From the NCBI GenBank assembly GCA_965279375.1, contig OZ257156.1, positions 4,352,001 to 4,416,000 of the forward strand: a DNA stretch of 64,000 nucleotides, given 5' to 3'. Each line of letters starts with the position of its first letter. Position 1 is the first letter of the stretch. The notes beneath the pieces were generated by a model. The model made no database searches and was not told the origin of the DNA. It saw only the letters and a list, made by a program, of their open reading frames with translations. The position numbers and the translations under genes are program-made. Below are positions 9,279 to 20,891 of this stretch, one piece after another. This DNA comes from Gemmatimonas sp. (GTDB taxonomy: Bacteria > Gemmatimonadota > Gemmatimonadetes > Gemmatimonadales > Gemmatimonadaceae).

Positions 9279-11052
9279 GCTCGCGACCTCGTTTCGCGGG
9301 AGCTGGTGGCGTTGTGCGTGGTCCGGCGGGCACGGCGTTGACTGGCGCGCTTTCGACACCGACGCGATTCAGTGCCGAAACTGAAACTATCGTCGGAACG
9401 ATTCCGGTGGGGAGCGGCCATACTGTCGCGGAGCCCGGTAAGGTCACCGAAATCCACGCAGTATCGGTCCGGATTCGCAGCAGCCACTGCCACGGTGCTA
9501 CGCCGCCGACGGTACCAAGCGTAAGGATGCGGGTGCCTGCGCTGGTGGCTGCCGTAAGCTGGGGAGTCGGCGTTGGCGGCGCGGCGGCGACAAGCCACGG
9601 CGTAGCCGGAACCATCGCCGTCGCCGCGTACGGCCCCGCCTGCAGCGAGTCGTTCATGCTGGCCTGGTTGCTCAAGAACGACTGCATCGAGAAGTGCACG
9701 TTGCCGGTGGAGCCGGGCTGTGCGCGCGTGACACGGATCTGCTCGAGGAGTTCGGAGACCGGGAAGTCGCTCCGCCCGCGGCCACCTGCACGCGAGGTGT
9801 AATTGCCGGGCCACAGGTGGCGTCCCTTCACGTTCTCTCCCACCCACCAGTCGAGCAGCAGGGGATACGCCTGCTGCGCCTTGGTGGTAGGCCAGTAGAG
9901 CTGCGGCGTGAAGTAGTCCACCCAACCTTCACGCAGCCATTTGCGCCCGTCCGCGTAGAGCTCGCTGTACGCGTCGAAGCCGCGGACCTGCGCAGGGAAT
10001 CCGGGACGCCAGATGCCGAATGGGCTGATGCCGAACTTCACCCACGGTTTGGTCTTGTGCACGCCGACGTCGAGCGCGCGCACGAGGGAATCCACGTTGG
10101 CCCGACGCCAATCGCCGCGCGTGAGTGATCCGCCGCCTTTACGATAGCGCAGCCAACTCTTGTCGTCGGGGAACGGAATGGGCCGGCGACGTTTGGTGAG
10201 TTCCGGATACGGATAGAAGTAGTCGTCGAGGTGCACGCCATCGATGTCGTAGCGCTTCACGACATCGAGCACCACGCGCACCGTCCGTTCGCGCACCGCC
10301 GACTCACCCGGATCCATCCAGAGGTAGCCCGCATACTTCTTGACGAGCGTCGGGTTGGTTCGCGCGATGTGCGACGCGGCCAGCGGCGAACGCGTATCGG
10401 AGAACCGGGCGCGATACGGATTGAACCACGCGTGCAGCTCAAGGTTGCGCGCATGCGCCTCGCGCACCGCGAATTCGAGCGGATCCCAGTACGGATCGGG
10501 AGCGCGTCCCTGCGCGCCGGTCAGGTATTCCGACCACGGCTCGATCTTGGAGGCGTACAATGCATCGGCCGCTGGTCGCACCTGAAAGATCACGGCGTTG
10601 AGCTTGAGCGCCGCCGCGCGATCGAGCAGCGCGATCAGCTCGGCCTGCTGCTGCGCCGTGGTCAGGCGACGCGACGATGGCCAGTCGATGTTGGCCACGC
10701 TCGCCACCCACACGCCGCGGAATTCGCGGGGGATCGGCGGGGCGACGTTGCTCACCACGCGTCGCGTGGGAACGTTTTCGGTCGGCGCTGCGGACGATGG
10801 CGCATTCGCACCCGGTGCGCGACGCGGCGCGTTCGCCGGAGGTGCTGCCGTGGGCGCGTTCAACGGAGCGTTGCGACCCGGCGAGGCTGGGGGCACCGCT
10901 GCTGGAGACGGCGTGTCTGGAGCTGGCGCCGCGGGACGGCATGAGGAGAGCAGCATCGCGCCGACCGCGCATACGCCAGTCACTGAACGAGCAAGCGCAC
11001 GACTAACCGTACGAGGGAATGCAGACCGCGCGATACGCGGGGAATGGTTCAC
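9268..11052 (-). CDS. YddW/DigH-like glycoside hydrolase (GHL10 family) lipoprotein
   Basis: REFRGVWVASVANIDWPS, ELHAWFNPYR, YDIDGVHLDDYFYPY, FGISPFGIWRP, DYFTPQLYW. Lipobox LLSSC followed by a Pro-rich linker. Confidence 0.85.
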   Translation of the reverse strand: MNHSPRIARSAFPRTVSRALARSVTGVCAVGAMLLSSCRPAAPAPDTPSPAAVPPASPGRNAPLNAPTAAPPANAPRRAPGANAPSSAAPTENVPTRRVVSNVAPPIPREFRGVWVASVANIDWPSSRRLTTAQQQAELIALLDRAAALKLNAVIFQVRPAADALYASKIEPWSEYLTGAQGRAPDPYWDPLEFAVREAHARNLELHAWFNPYRARFSDTRSPLAASHIARTNPTLVKKYAGYLWMDPGESAVRERTVRVVLDVVKRYDIDGVHLDDYFYPYPELTKRRRPIPFPDDKSWLRYRKGGGSLTRGDWRRANVDSLVRALDVGVHKTKPWVKFGISPFGIWRPGFPAQVRGFDAYSELYADGRKWLREGWVDYFTPQLYWPTTKAQQAYPLLLDWWVGENVKGRHLWPGNYTSRAGGRGRSDFPVSELLEQIRVTRAQPGSTGNVHFSMQSFLSNQASMNDSLQAGPYAATAMVPATPWLVAAAPPTPTPQLTAATSAGTRILTLGTVGGVAPWQWLLRIRTDTAWISVTLPGSATVWPLPTGIVPTIVSVSALNRVGVESAPVNAVPAGPRTTPPAPAKRGREHEH

Positions 11053-12260
11053 GCGCGCACGGGCTCGCCGACTGCCTGTTCGAGTTCGCGTTGCATCGCG
11101 CGAAGCACTGCGCCGGCACGTTGCGCAGCTTCAGCGATGCGTGCCGGCGACTGGATGAACGAAATGCGAAAGAACCCTTCCCCGCCCTCGCCAAAGCCGG
11201 AGCCCGGCAGCACGATGACACCCGCTTCCTCGCGCACACGATCGGCAAAGGCTGCACTGGCGATGCCCTCGGGCAGCGGCATCCACAGATACATCGTTGC
11301 CTGCGGCACGTCGGCGGTGAAGCCGTTTTCGCGGAAGGCTGCGACGGCGGCGTCACGACGCTCGGTAAACGTCTTGAGATTCTGCGGCACGAACTCCGCC
11401 CAGCTTTCGATGGCGGCGACACCGGCAGCCTGAATGCCCATGTACTGACCCGTATCGGTGAACGCCTTCACCTTGGCCAGCGCCGTCGAGATCTCCGGCT
11501 TGGCCACCGCCCAACCGCAGCGCCACCCGGTCATGTTGTACGTCTTGGAGAGCGAGTGGAATTCGATCGCGACATCGCGTGCGCCATCGATTTCGAATAT
11601 GCTGGGCGGCACGTAGCCGTCGAACCCCATCTCTGAATACGCGTTGTCGTACACGAGCAGGATGTCGCGCTCGCGACAGACTTGCACGACGCGTTCGAGG
11701 TAGTCGCGCGGTGCGATGGCGGCGGTGGGATTGTTGGGATAGTTGAGATAGAGCACGCGCGTGCGTGCCATCACGTCGGTCGGGATCTCGTCGAGATCGA
11801 TGAGAAAGTTCGTGCGCGGACGCAGCGCGTACACGTAGGGCGTCGCGTCGGAGAGGAGCGTCCCTCCGATGTACGCCTGATATGCGGGATCGGGGATGAT
11901 GCCGACGTCGCCAGGGCCGAGGAATGCGAAGGCAACGTGCGCGAGCCCTTCCTTGCTGCCGAGGAGCGGGACGATCTCGCTCATCGGATCGACGGTCATT
12001 CCGAATCGCTTGTGCATCCAGGCGGCGACGGCCTCGCGATAGGGCATGTACCCTAACCCAAAGCCGTAGCGCTGCATGGCGGGTTCAGTGGAGGCGCGCT
12101 GCAACGCCGCGACTGCCTGCGCCGGGGGTGCAAGGTCCGCGTCTCCCGCGCCCAGGTCGATGACGTCGACACCTGCCGCGAGCAATGCCTTCTTGCGTGC
12201 AGGGATGTGCGCGAGCGGATACGCAGGGAAATTCGAGAAGCGCGCAGACAGTCGTGGCAT
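11049..12260 (-). CDS. PLP-dependent class I/II aminotransferase (LL-diaminopimelate aminotransferase/AlaC-like)
   Basis: LLGSKEGLAH, YLNYPNNPT, YDNAY, EFHSLSKTYNMTGWRCG (PLP lysine). Confidence 0.85.
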   Translation of the reverse strand: MPRLSARFSNFPAYPLAHIPARKKALLAAGVDVIDLGAGDADLAPPAQAVAALQRASTEPAMQRYGFGLGYMPYREAVAAWMHKRFGMTVDPMSEIVPLLGSKEGLAHVAFAFLGPGDVGIIPDPAYQAYIGGTLLSDATPYVYALRPRTNFLIDLDEIPTDVMARTRVLYLNYPNNPTAAIAPRDYLERVVQVCRERDILLVYDNAYSEMGFDGYVPPSIFEIDGARDVAIEFHSLSKTYNMTGWRCGWAVAKPEISTALAKVKAFTDTGQYMGIQAAGVAAIESWAEFVPQNLKTFTERRDAAVAAFRENGFTADVPQATMYLWMPLPEGIASAAFADRVREEAGVIVLPGSGFGEGGEGFFRISFIQSPARIAEAAQRAGAVLRAMQRELEQAVGEPVRA

Positions 12261-12264
12261 GCGA

Positions 12265-13458
12265 TCAGGACGAGGGCGGGCTGAACTGCGCGTGCTGCGC
12301 ATCGAGCCAGCTCTTGTGATAAGCAGGATCTTCGATGGACATGGCGGCCTTGGCGACCTTGAGCGGACGGAAGCTGTCCATCATGACGGCGAGTTCGTTG
12401 GTGTACTTGGCGCCGATCGACGCTTCAGCGCGTCCCGGATGCGGTCCATGCGGCAAGCCGTCGGGATGGTGCGTGATGGAGCCGTACTCGATGCCCTTTC
12501 GGCTCATGAACTCACTCGACGCATAGAACAGCACTTCGTCGGAGTCCACGTTGCTGTGGTTGTACGGCGCGGGAATCGCTTCGGGGTCGAAGTCGTACGG
12601 CCGCGGGCAGAAGGAGCAGATCACGAAGCCATCGCCCTGGAACGTCTGATGCACCGGGGGCGGCTGGTGAATGCGTCCGACGATCGGCTCGAAGTCGTGG
12701 ATGTTGAACGCCCACGGGTAGAAATAACCGTCCCAGCCGACGACATCGAACGGATGGTGATCGAGCACCAGTTCGTTGAGCGCGTTGTACTGCTTGACGA
12801 GGATCGGGAACTCACCCTTCTCGTCGTGCACGTTGAGCGCGGTTGGTCTGCGAATATCGCGCTCGGAGTACGGCGCACCCTCGAGCAACTGTCCCACGTT
12901 GTTGCGATAGCGCGTGGGAAAGCGCACGTGGCCCGCGCTCTCCATCACGAGGAACTTGCTCACGCCAGCGGAGGCGTCGAGGCGCCAGCGATGCGTGATG
13001 TTGCGATGGATGACGACATAGTCGCCGGGCTTATAGGGCAGCTCGCCAAATACCGACTCCAGCACGCCGCTCCCTTCCACCACGTACACGACTTCGTCCG
13101 CCTGTGAGTTGCGATAGAAGTGCGTGTCGTTCACATCGGGCTCGACGTACAGCATGCCGATGTCGTTGTTGAACAGCAACGGAATGCGGTCGAGCGTGGG
13201 CGAGCCGCCCTTGACGATACGCGACGTGAGAAAGTGGCGATGACGCAACGACGTGCTGTCATCGGCTTCCCACACGAGATCGCGCACTTTTCGCGCCGAC
13301 AGCACCGTCGTTGGCGGATGCGTGTGATACAGCAGCGACGACGTGCCCACGAAGCCCTCGTGCCCCATCAGCTCTTCGGCGTAGAGCCCGCCGTCGGGCC
13401 GCCGGAAGACGATGTGGCGCTTGCGAGGGACACTGCCCATGAGGTGATAGATCGGCAT
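12265..13458 (-). CDS. hmgA: Homogentisate 1,2-dioxygenase
   Basis: HPFDVVGWDGY, HQPPPVHQTF, CSFCPRPYD, PYNHSNVDSDEVLFY, HPDGLPHGPHPG. Adjacent to hppD. Confidence 0.95.
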   Translation of the reverse strand: MPIYHLMGSVPRKRHIVFRRPDGGLYAEELMGHEGFVGTSSLLYHTHPPTTVLSARKVRDLVWEADDSTSLRHRHFLTSRIVKGGSPTLDRIPLLFNNDIGMLYVEPDVNDTHFYRNSQADEVVYVVEGSGVLESVFGELPYKPGDYVVIHRNITHRWRLDASAGVSKFLVMESAGHVRFPTRYRNNVGQLLEGAPYSERDIRRPTALNVHDEKGEFPILVKQYNALNELVLDHHPFDVVGWDGYFYPWAFNIHDFEPIVGRIHQPPPVHQTFQGDGFVICSFCPRPYDFDPEAIPAPYNHSNVDSDEVLFYASSEFMSRKGIEYGSITHHPDGLPHGPHPGRAEASIGAKYTNELAVMMDSFRPLKVAKAAMSIEDPAYHKSWLDAQHAQFSPPSS

Positions 13459-13468
13459 GGTGGTCGCC

Positions 13469-14593
13469 TCAGAGGTTGCCGCGCAGCGCCTGCTCGCGCT
13501 CGATCGCTTCGAAGAGTGCCTTGAAGTTCCCCTTGCCGAAGCTCTTGGCTCCCTTGCGCTGAATGATCTCGTAGAAGAGCGTCGGACGATCTTCCACCGG
13601 CTTGGTGAAGATCTGCAGCAGGTATCCGTCCGGATCACGATCCACGAGAATGCCCAGCGCTTCGAGCTCCGCGATCGGCTCGTCGATGGTGCCGACGCGC
13701 TCCTCGAGTTCGCGATAGTACGACGTGGGTACGCTCAGGAACTCCACGCCGCGGTCGCGCAACGCCGTGACCGTCGCGAGAATGTCATCGGTAGCGAGCG
13801 CGAGATGCTGTGCGCCCGGGCCACCATAGAAATCGAGATACTCCTCGATCTGCGACTTCTTCTTGCCCGACGCCGGCTCGTTGATCGGAAACTTGATCTT
13901 GTCGTTGCCATTGCTCATCACCTTGGACATGAGCGACGAATACTCCGTGCTGATGTCATCGTCGTCGAACGTGATGAGATTGCGGAAGCCCATGACGTCG
14001 GCGTAGTACTTGACCCAGCGATTCATCTGGCCCAGCTCGACGTTGCCTACGCAATGGTCCACGTACTTGAGCCCAACATCGGCCGGTTGATAGCGCGGCG
14101 TCACGGACACGAAGCCCGGCAGAAAGAGCCCGCGATAGTTGCGACGCTCCACGATGGAATGGATCGTGTCGCCATACGTGCCGATCGCCGCGATGATGAC
14201 TTCGCCGTGCTCGTCGCTGGTCACGATCGGCGCGTGAATGGGAATCGCGCCGCGATCCACCGCGGTCTGATACGCTGAGCGCGCGTCGTCCACCCAGAGT
14301 GCGTAGTCGCGAATGCCATCGCCGTGCGCCTGCACGTGCCTGGCGATCTCCGAGTCGGGCTGCAGCGCCGTCGTGAGCACGAGACGGATCTTGCCCTGCT
14401 GTAACAGATAGCTCGCGCGGTCGCGCACACCCGTTTCGGGGCCGCGATAGCCGATCAGCTGATAGCCGAACGCGGAGCGGTAGTAGTGACTCGCCTGCTT
14501 GGCGTTACCGACATAGAACTCGACGTAGTCGGTGCCATTGATGGGAAATGCATCCTGCTCGATGCCGGCTTCGGGAGCGGACAACGTGGCCAT
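13469..14593 (-). CDS. hppD: 4-hydroxyphenylpyruvate dioxygenase
   Basis: DHCVGNV, KFPINEP, SQIEEYL, GPGAQHLAL, YLLQIFTKP, FYEIIQRKGAKSFGKGNFKALFEAIEREQ. Confidence 0.97.
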   Translation of the reverse strand: MATLSAPEAGIEQDAFPINGTDYVEFYVGNAKQASHYYRSAFGYQLIGYRGPETGVRDRASYLLQQGKIRLVLTTALQPDSEIARHVQAHGDGIRDYALWVDDARSAYQTAVDRGAIPIHAPIVTSDEHGEVIIAAIGTYGDTIHSIVERRNYRGLFLPGFVSVTPRYQPADVGLKYVDHCVGNVELGQMNRWVKYYADVMGFRNLITFDDDDISTEYSSLMSKVMSNGNDKIKFPINEPASGKKKSQIEEYLDFYGGPGAQHLALATDDILATVTALRDRGVEFLSVPTSYYRELEERVGTIDEPIAELEALGILVDRDPDGYLLQIFTKPVEDRPTLFYEIIQRKGAKSFGKGNFKALFEAIEREQALRGNL

Positions 14594-14777
14594 GGGAACC
14601 TCGGAGTGAACGATGGAAGGAAAGAAGCGAGTGCGATCTCGATCCCACCACGCATGACTCAGATGTGCGAACGCGGCAGCGCGCCAATCCAGGCGCGCCC
14701 CCGCTCATCTCCAGGCTCCAGAAACTTCACCATGCTCCGACCATGTGCTTCGATGTCCGCACCGAGTGAGTGAACGC

Positions 14778-15098
14778 CTACTGCTTGGCGATCAGATGGT
14801 CCTTGATCTTGTCGTAGATCGCCTGCGACAAAACCTTCTTCTGCACCAGCTGCAACTTGTTGGCATACGGACGTCCGCCGATGATCTTGGCCGCGTACGC
14901 CTTTCCGATTCCCGGTACCGCTTCCAACTCGGCGGACGTCGCGCGATTGATATCCACCACCGCCGCCGCAGCGACTGCGGCCGCCGCAGGCTTGGCCGGC
15001 TTCGTCTGCGCAGACAGCGCGGGCGCGGTGAACAGGAACGCGGCGATGGCCAGCGGACCAACGACTTTCGAGATCTTAGCGCGAACGTGTGCGTGCAT
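14778..15098 (-). CDS. ComEA-like helix-hairpin-helix DNA-binding protein, secreted
   Basis: Signal peptide, then VDINRATSAELEAVPGIGKAYAAKIIGGRPY. Confidence 0.85.
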   Translation of the reverse strand: MHAHVRAKISKVVGPLAIAAFLFTAPALSAQTKPAKPAAAAVAAAAVVDINRATSAELEAVPGIGKAYAAKIIGGRPYANKLQLVQKKVLSQAIYDKIKDHLIAKQ

Positions 15099-15177
15099 GG
15101 GAAGGGACGACTGTGAACGCATGACGAGCGACTCCCGGGAGATGGCGGGGCGGGTCCCGAACGGAATGTGCTCCACT

Positions 15178-17186
<2,009 letters not shown>

Positions 17187-17190
<4 letters not shown>

Positions 17191-17507
17191 GCGACGCCGT
17201 CCTGCCCGGATGCAGTTCGCGCCAGCGCGACCGAGGCGCACGCCGCGCCATGGGCTTCACAGTACCACCCATGCCGATCGTGAAAGACCAGATGCGGCGC
17301 ATCGGTCGGCCCCAGCTTCACGCGCACGAGATGCTGCACGGACGTGGACTCGCCGACGACCTTACGCGGATCGAGCACGTCAATCGTCGGCTTGACCGGG
17401 AACAGGTCGAACTGACTGGGCGCAAGCGGCACGCCGTCGGCAGGCGACGAGCGCTTGGACGTTCGCGTGGGAGCGCGGGGTTTCGAGGGGCGTTTGGCGT
17501 CGGACAT
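17187..17507 (-). CDS. Hypothetical protein with His/Cys cluster (HDRHGWYCEAHGAAC)
   Basis: 106-aa ORF whose stop overlaps the acetoacetate-CoA ligase start. Confidence 0.6.
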
Positions 17508-17539
17508 CGGCAGGTCACGAATCCTCGCCAGTCGACGCG

Positions 17540-18178
17540 CTACGCGCCAGCGCTTCCTTTCGGCGCGTCCGGCTGCCAGTGCAGCTCCCACTCGCAGAAC
17601 GCGTCTCCTTCGATGCAGCAGCGCACGTGACGGACGCGCGACCCTTCGCCACCCGCCAACTGGATGGCCTGCCGAAGTCCGCCGGTCAGTCGATTGCAGA
17701 AAATGCGCGTGATGGGATCGAAGCCGACGAGTCGCAGAACCGCGCGCCCGGCATCGTCTTCGACGACTTCCATGTCGCCCGGATGGTAGTAGAGACGAAA
17801 GAGCGACACGCTCTGCGTGAGGAACTCGCGTGGCGTCGGCTTCCGGAGAATGCCACCGTAAAGCTGCACGCCCAGCGAGTCGATGGCGTACGCGCCCGCT
17901 TCATCTGCCCATGCATCGCTTCCCGGACGTCCGCCGGCGGGCACCTCCTCGCTCGACGGAAACAGCGAGCCGGCCTCGCGCCAACACTCGACCACGTGGT
18001 GATACGGGATCTCGTCGGTCGCGGCGGCCGCTTCGATGGCACGACGCGTTTCGGGGGCAAGCGACGCCAGCACCGATGCCACCGCGTCATCCCCCAAGCG
18101 AGCAGCCACGAAGGCCAGTGTGCTGCGCACCGTCGAGCCTTTCGCCGATTGCTCGCGATTCCCGGTGAACAGGCTCAC
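17540..18178 (-). CDS. Stand-alone V4R/H-NOX-like small-molecule-binding protein
   Basis: C-terminal FCNRLTGGL...HVRCCIEGDAFCEWELHW resembles the V4R motif. GTGA overlap with the upstream ligase. Confidence 0.65.
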   Translation of the reverse strand: MSLFTGNREQSAKGSTVRSTLAFVAARLGDDAVASVLASLAPETRRAIEAAAATDEIPYHHVVECWREAGSLFPSSEEVPAGGRPGSDAWADEAGAYAIDSLGVQLYGGILRKPTPREFLTQSVSLFRLYYHPGDMEVVEDDAGRAVLRLVGFDPITRIFCNRLTGGLRQAIQLAGGEGSRVRHVRCCIEGDAFCEWELHWQPDAPKGSAGA

Positions 18179-19743
18179 GACAAAACCTCGCGCTCGATGC
18201 GCCGCATCACCGCGGCGCGATCGACCTTGCCGGATCCCAGTCGCGGAATGCTCTCAACGAAGCGCACATGCTTGGGCACCTTGTAGCCGGCGAGTCGAGA
18301 CCGGGCGTGTGCGACGAGTGCTGATTGGTCGAGCATATCCTCCGACTCCGTTTCGGATCGCCTCACCACGACAGCACATCCCACCTCGCCCCAGTGCGCG
18401 TCGGGTACGCCCACCACGCAGACGTCCGCAACCTGCGCACAGTCGAGGATGGCGGCCTCCACTTCGCCAGGGAATACGTTCTCTCCACCAGAAATGAACA
18501 TCTCCTTGCGACGTCCGCGAATGGCGAAGCAGCCATCGGCGTCGCGACGAGCGAGATCTCCGGTGCGCAGAAACCCATCGTCGGTCATCACGTCGGCCGA
18601 ACGATCGTCGGCGCGAAAGTATCCGCCAAAGAGCTGCGGCCCGCGCAACTCCAGTTCACCGATCGCGTCGTCGTGCACCAAGGTGCCGTCATCGCCGCGC
18701 AGTCGAACTTCGAGAAACGGAATCGGCCAGCCGACCGTGCCGGGACGCGCGAGCGCGGCATCGTCAGTGGTGGCGAAGCAGTTCGGGCCGCACTCCGTGA
18801 GCCCATAGCCTTCGCGAAAGCGATACCCCGCCGAGCGCACCGCGTCTTTCAGTCGCTGCGGGCACGGCGCTCCGCCGGCAATGAACCAGCGCAGGCGCGG
18901 CAGTGCACGCCCCCAGTGCTTCGACTGCGACAGCATTGCGAGTTGCGTTGGCACACCGAACGTGACGGTCACGCCGTAGCGATGGAGCGCCTCGAGATAG
19001 TCGTCAGCATCGAACCGGTCGATGAGGACCACAGCTCCTCCGCAGAACAGCAGCGGCGTCGTGAACACATTCCATCCGCCCGTGTGAAAAAACGGCGTGA
19101 CCGCGGGCCCAACATCGTCGGCACCAAGTTTCCAGCCAGTGACGGTGGCGACCGCATTGCTGAACAGCTGTCGATGCGGAATGACGACACCTTTGGGGAC
19201 ACCGGTGCTGCCGGAGGTGTAGAGCAACAGCGCGCCATCGGTCGTACGCGCCGACGGAATTTTCGCGTGCGCGATCTGCTCTCTTGCCGCGTCGTGCATC
19301 GCACGCGCGTCTCTGCTCGACACAAAATCCCGCACGCGTTCGACAGGCAGACCGACTCGCGCCAGCGCATCGCACGCCAACGCGCGATAGGGCTCCTCGG
19401 CAAGCAACAACACGGGATCGGCATCCGACAACACACGCGACAGCTCCGCCGCCGACAGTCGCCAATTGAGCGGCAACAGCATCGCGCCCGCGCGAATGCA
19501 CCCAAACAGCAGCGGGATGAACTCCGCGCGATTCTGCGCGAGCACTGCCACGCGATCGCCCACTTGCACGCCCGTTGCCAGCAGCCACGCACACCAGCGA
19601 TCGGCTTCCGCGTCTACGTCTGCATAGCTGTATTGCACTTCGGTGCGCGCATGGACGAGTGCCGTGCGTGCGCCGTCCACGCGCGCCCACCACGCCACCG
19701 GATCGAAGCGCGCGTCGCCATCGGATGCGAAGTGCGTCGTCAC
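18175..19743 (-). CDS. AMP-binding acyl-CoA synthetase (MenE/FadK-like subfamily)
   Basis: YTSGSTGVPKG, PFFHTGGW, GYGLTECGP, RTGDL, GRRKEMFISGGENVFP, LAGYKVPK, SGKVDR. Confidence 0.9.
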   Translation of the reverse strand: MTTHFASDGDARFDPVAWWARVDGARTALVHARTEVQYSYADVDAEADRWCAWLLATGVQVGDRVAVLAQNRAEFIPLLFGCIRAGAMLLPLNWRLSAAELSRVLSDADPVLLLAEEPYRALACDALARVGLPVERVRDFVSSRDARAMHDAAREQIAHAKIPSARTTDGALLLYTSGSTGVPKGVVIPHRQLFSNAVATVTGWKLGADDVGPAVTPFFHTGGWNVFTTPLLFCGGAVVLIDRFDADDYLEALHRYGVTVTFGVPTQLAMLSQSKHWGRALPRLRWFIAGGAPCPQRLKDAVRSAGYRFREGYGLTECGPNCFATTDDAALARPGTVGWPIPFLEVRLRGDDGTLVHDDAIGELELRGPQLFGGYFRADDRSADVMTDDGFLRTGDLARRDADGCFAIRGRRKEMFISGGENVFPGEVEAAILDCAQVADVCVVGVPDAHWGEVGCAVVVRRSETESEDMLDQSALVAHARSRLAGYKVPKHVRFVESIPRLGSGKVDRAAVMRRIEREVLS

Positions 19744-19751
19744 GCCTGCAC

Positions 19752-20885
19752 TCAGCGAGCCGCGGACATGGGGTGCGCTGCGCAGAAGCGCGCCACCACC
19801 CGACTGATGTCCGGACCATTCGCATCAGCGAAGGTGCCAGCCGTCGAGCCACCGGACCACGCATGCCCCAACTCGTCGATGCGAATGCGCACCACTTGCG
19901 CGGCGCCGCTCGCATCACGCCACTGCTGCTCACGGACCGTATAACCGTTCTCCACGCGCACAGGCTCCTCGGGGGCCTGCGTCAGTCGAGGTGCACCGGC
20001 GCGTTCACGCATCGCGTTCTGCAGCCCGACAAACTGCGCCGCGGTTTCGTCTGCGTTGCGCACGCTGACCACAGCATCCTTCACGCCATGCACCACCAAC
20101 GTCGGCACGGCACGCGCGTCATTCCCCATGGCGGCCGCCAACACATCGGGCGACGGCAACTTGTCGCCGGCCCCCTTCTGCATCACAGAGAGCGCGCCGC
20201 CAAGATCTGTCGCGCCCTTCCACGGAATGCCCGACGCGCTGGTCAGTGTGGCGAACTGCTCGGGATACGCGGCGACGGTCAGCGTGGCCATTGCCGCGCC
20301 AGCCGAAATGCCGATCAAGTGCACCTGCCGTGCGTCCACGCCGTACTTCGACACGATCTCCGCGGTCATCGCGGAGAGAATCGCGGGCTCACCGTGTCCA
20401 CGTTCCTGATGCGCCGTGTCGAACCAGTTCCAGCATCCTCGCGCATTCGCGGCTGGCGTCTGCTCCGGATAGAGCACGAGAAACCCTTGCTCCTGCGCGA
20501 CGGCGTCCATCCGCGTGCCAGCGGCGATGTCATTAGCGTTCTGCGTGCATCCATGCAGGATCACCAACAGCATCGGTGAGGTGCGCGCGCCAGTCGGGAT
20601 GAATAGTCGCCACGGCCGAGCGCCGGCGGCGCCGACAAAGTTGCCGCGTACCACGTCACCCGCCGCTGCCGCGCCCGCCGATTCCGCGCCAGTCGATTCC
20701 GCGTCAGTCGAATTCGCCGTCTCCGTCATCTGCTGCTCCTGCCTGCGAAGGATATCTGCACGCGGCACGATCGCATGCGCTACGGTTCGCGCCCGTGTCT
20801 GCGCCGACGTCCGGCTCGCCGAGGCAACCATCCCCCCGACGAGCAGCACGCCATACCACCACGACTGCGCAGCACGCTCGCGCAT
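19752..20885 (-). CDS. Secreted PHB-depolymerase family esterase (LpqC/Esterase_PHB type)
   Basis: Oxyanion HGCTQ, VLYPEQ, GCWNWF, lipase box GISAG, HGVKDAVV, GHAWSGG. N-terminal signal peptide. Confidence 0.85.
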   Translation of the reverse strand: MRERAAQSWWYGVLLVGGMVASASRTSAQTRARTVAHAIVPRADILRRQEQQMTETANSTDAESTGAESAGAAAAGDVVRGNFVGAAGARPWRLFIPTGARTSPMLLVILHGCTQNANDIAAGTRMDAVAQEQGFLVLYPEQTPAANARGCWNWFDTAHQERGHGEPAILSAMTAEIVSKYGVDARQVHLIGISAGAAMATLTVAAYPEQFATLTSASGIPWKGATDLGGALSVMQKGAGDKLPSPDVLAAAMGNDARAVPTLVVHGVKDAVVSVRNADETAAQFVGLQNAMRERAGAPRLTQAPEEPVRVENGYTVREQQWRDASGAAQVVRIRIDELGHAWSGGSTAGTFADANGPDISRVVARFCAAHPMSAAR

Positions 20886-20891
20886 CAATCC

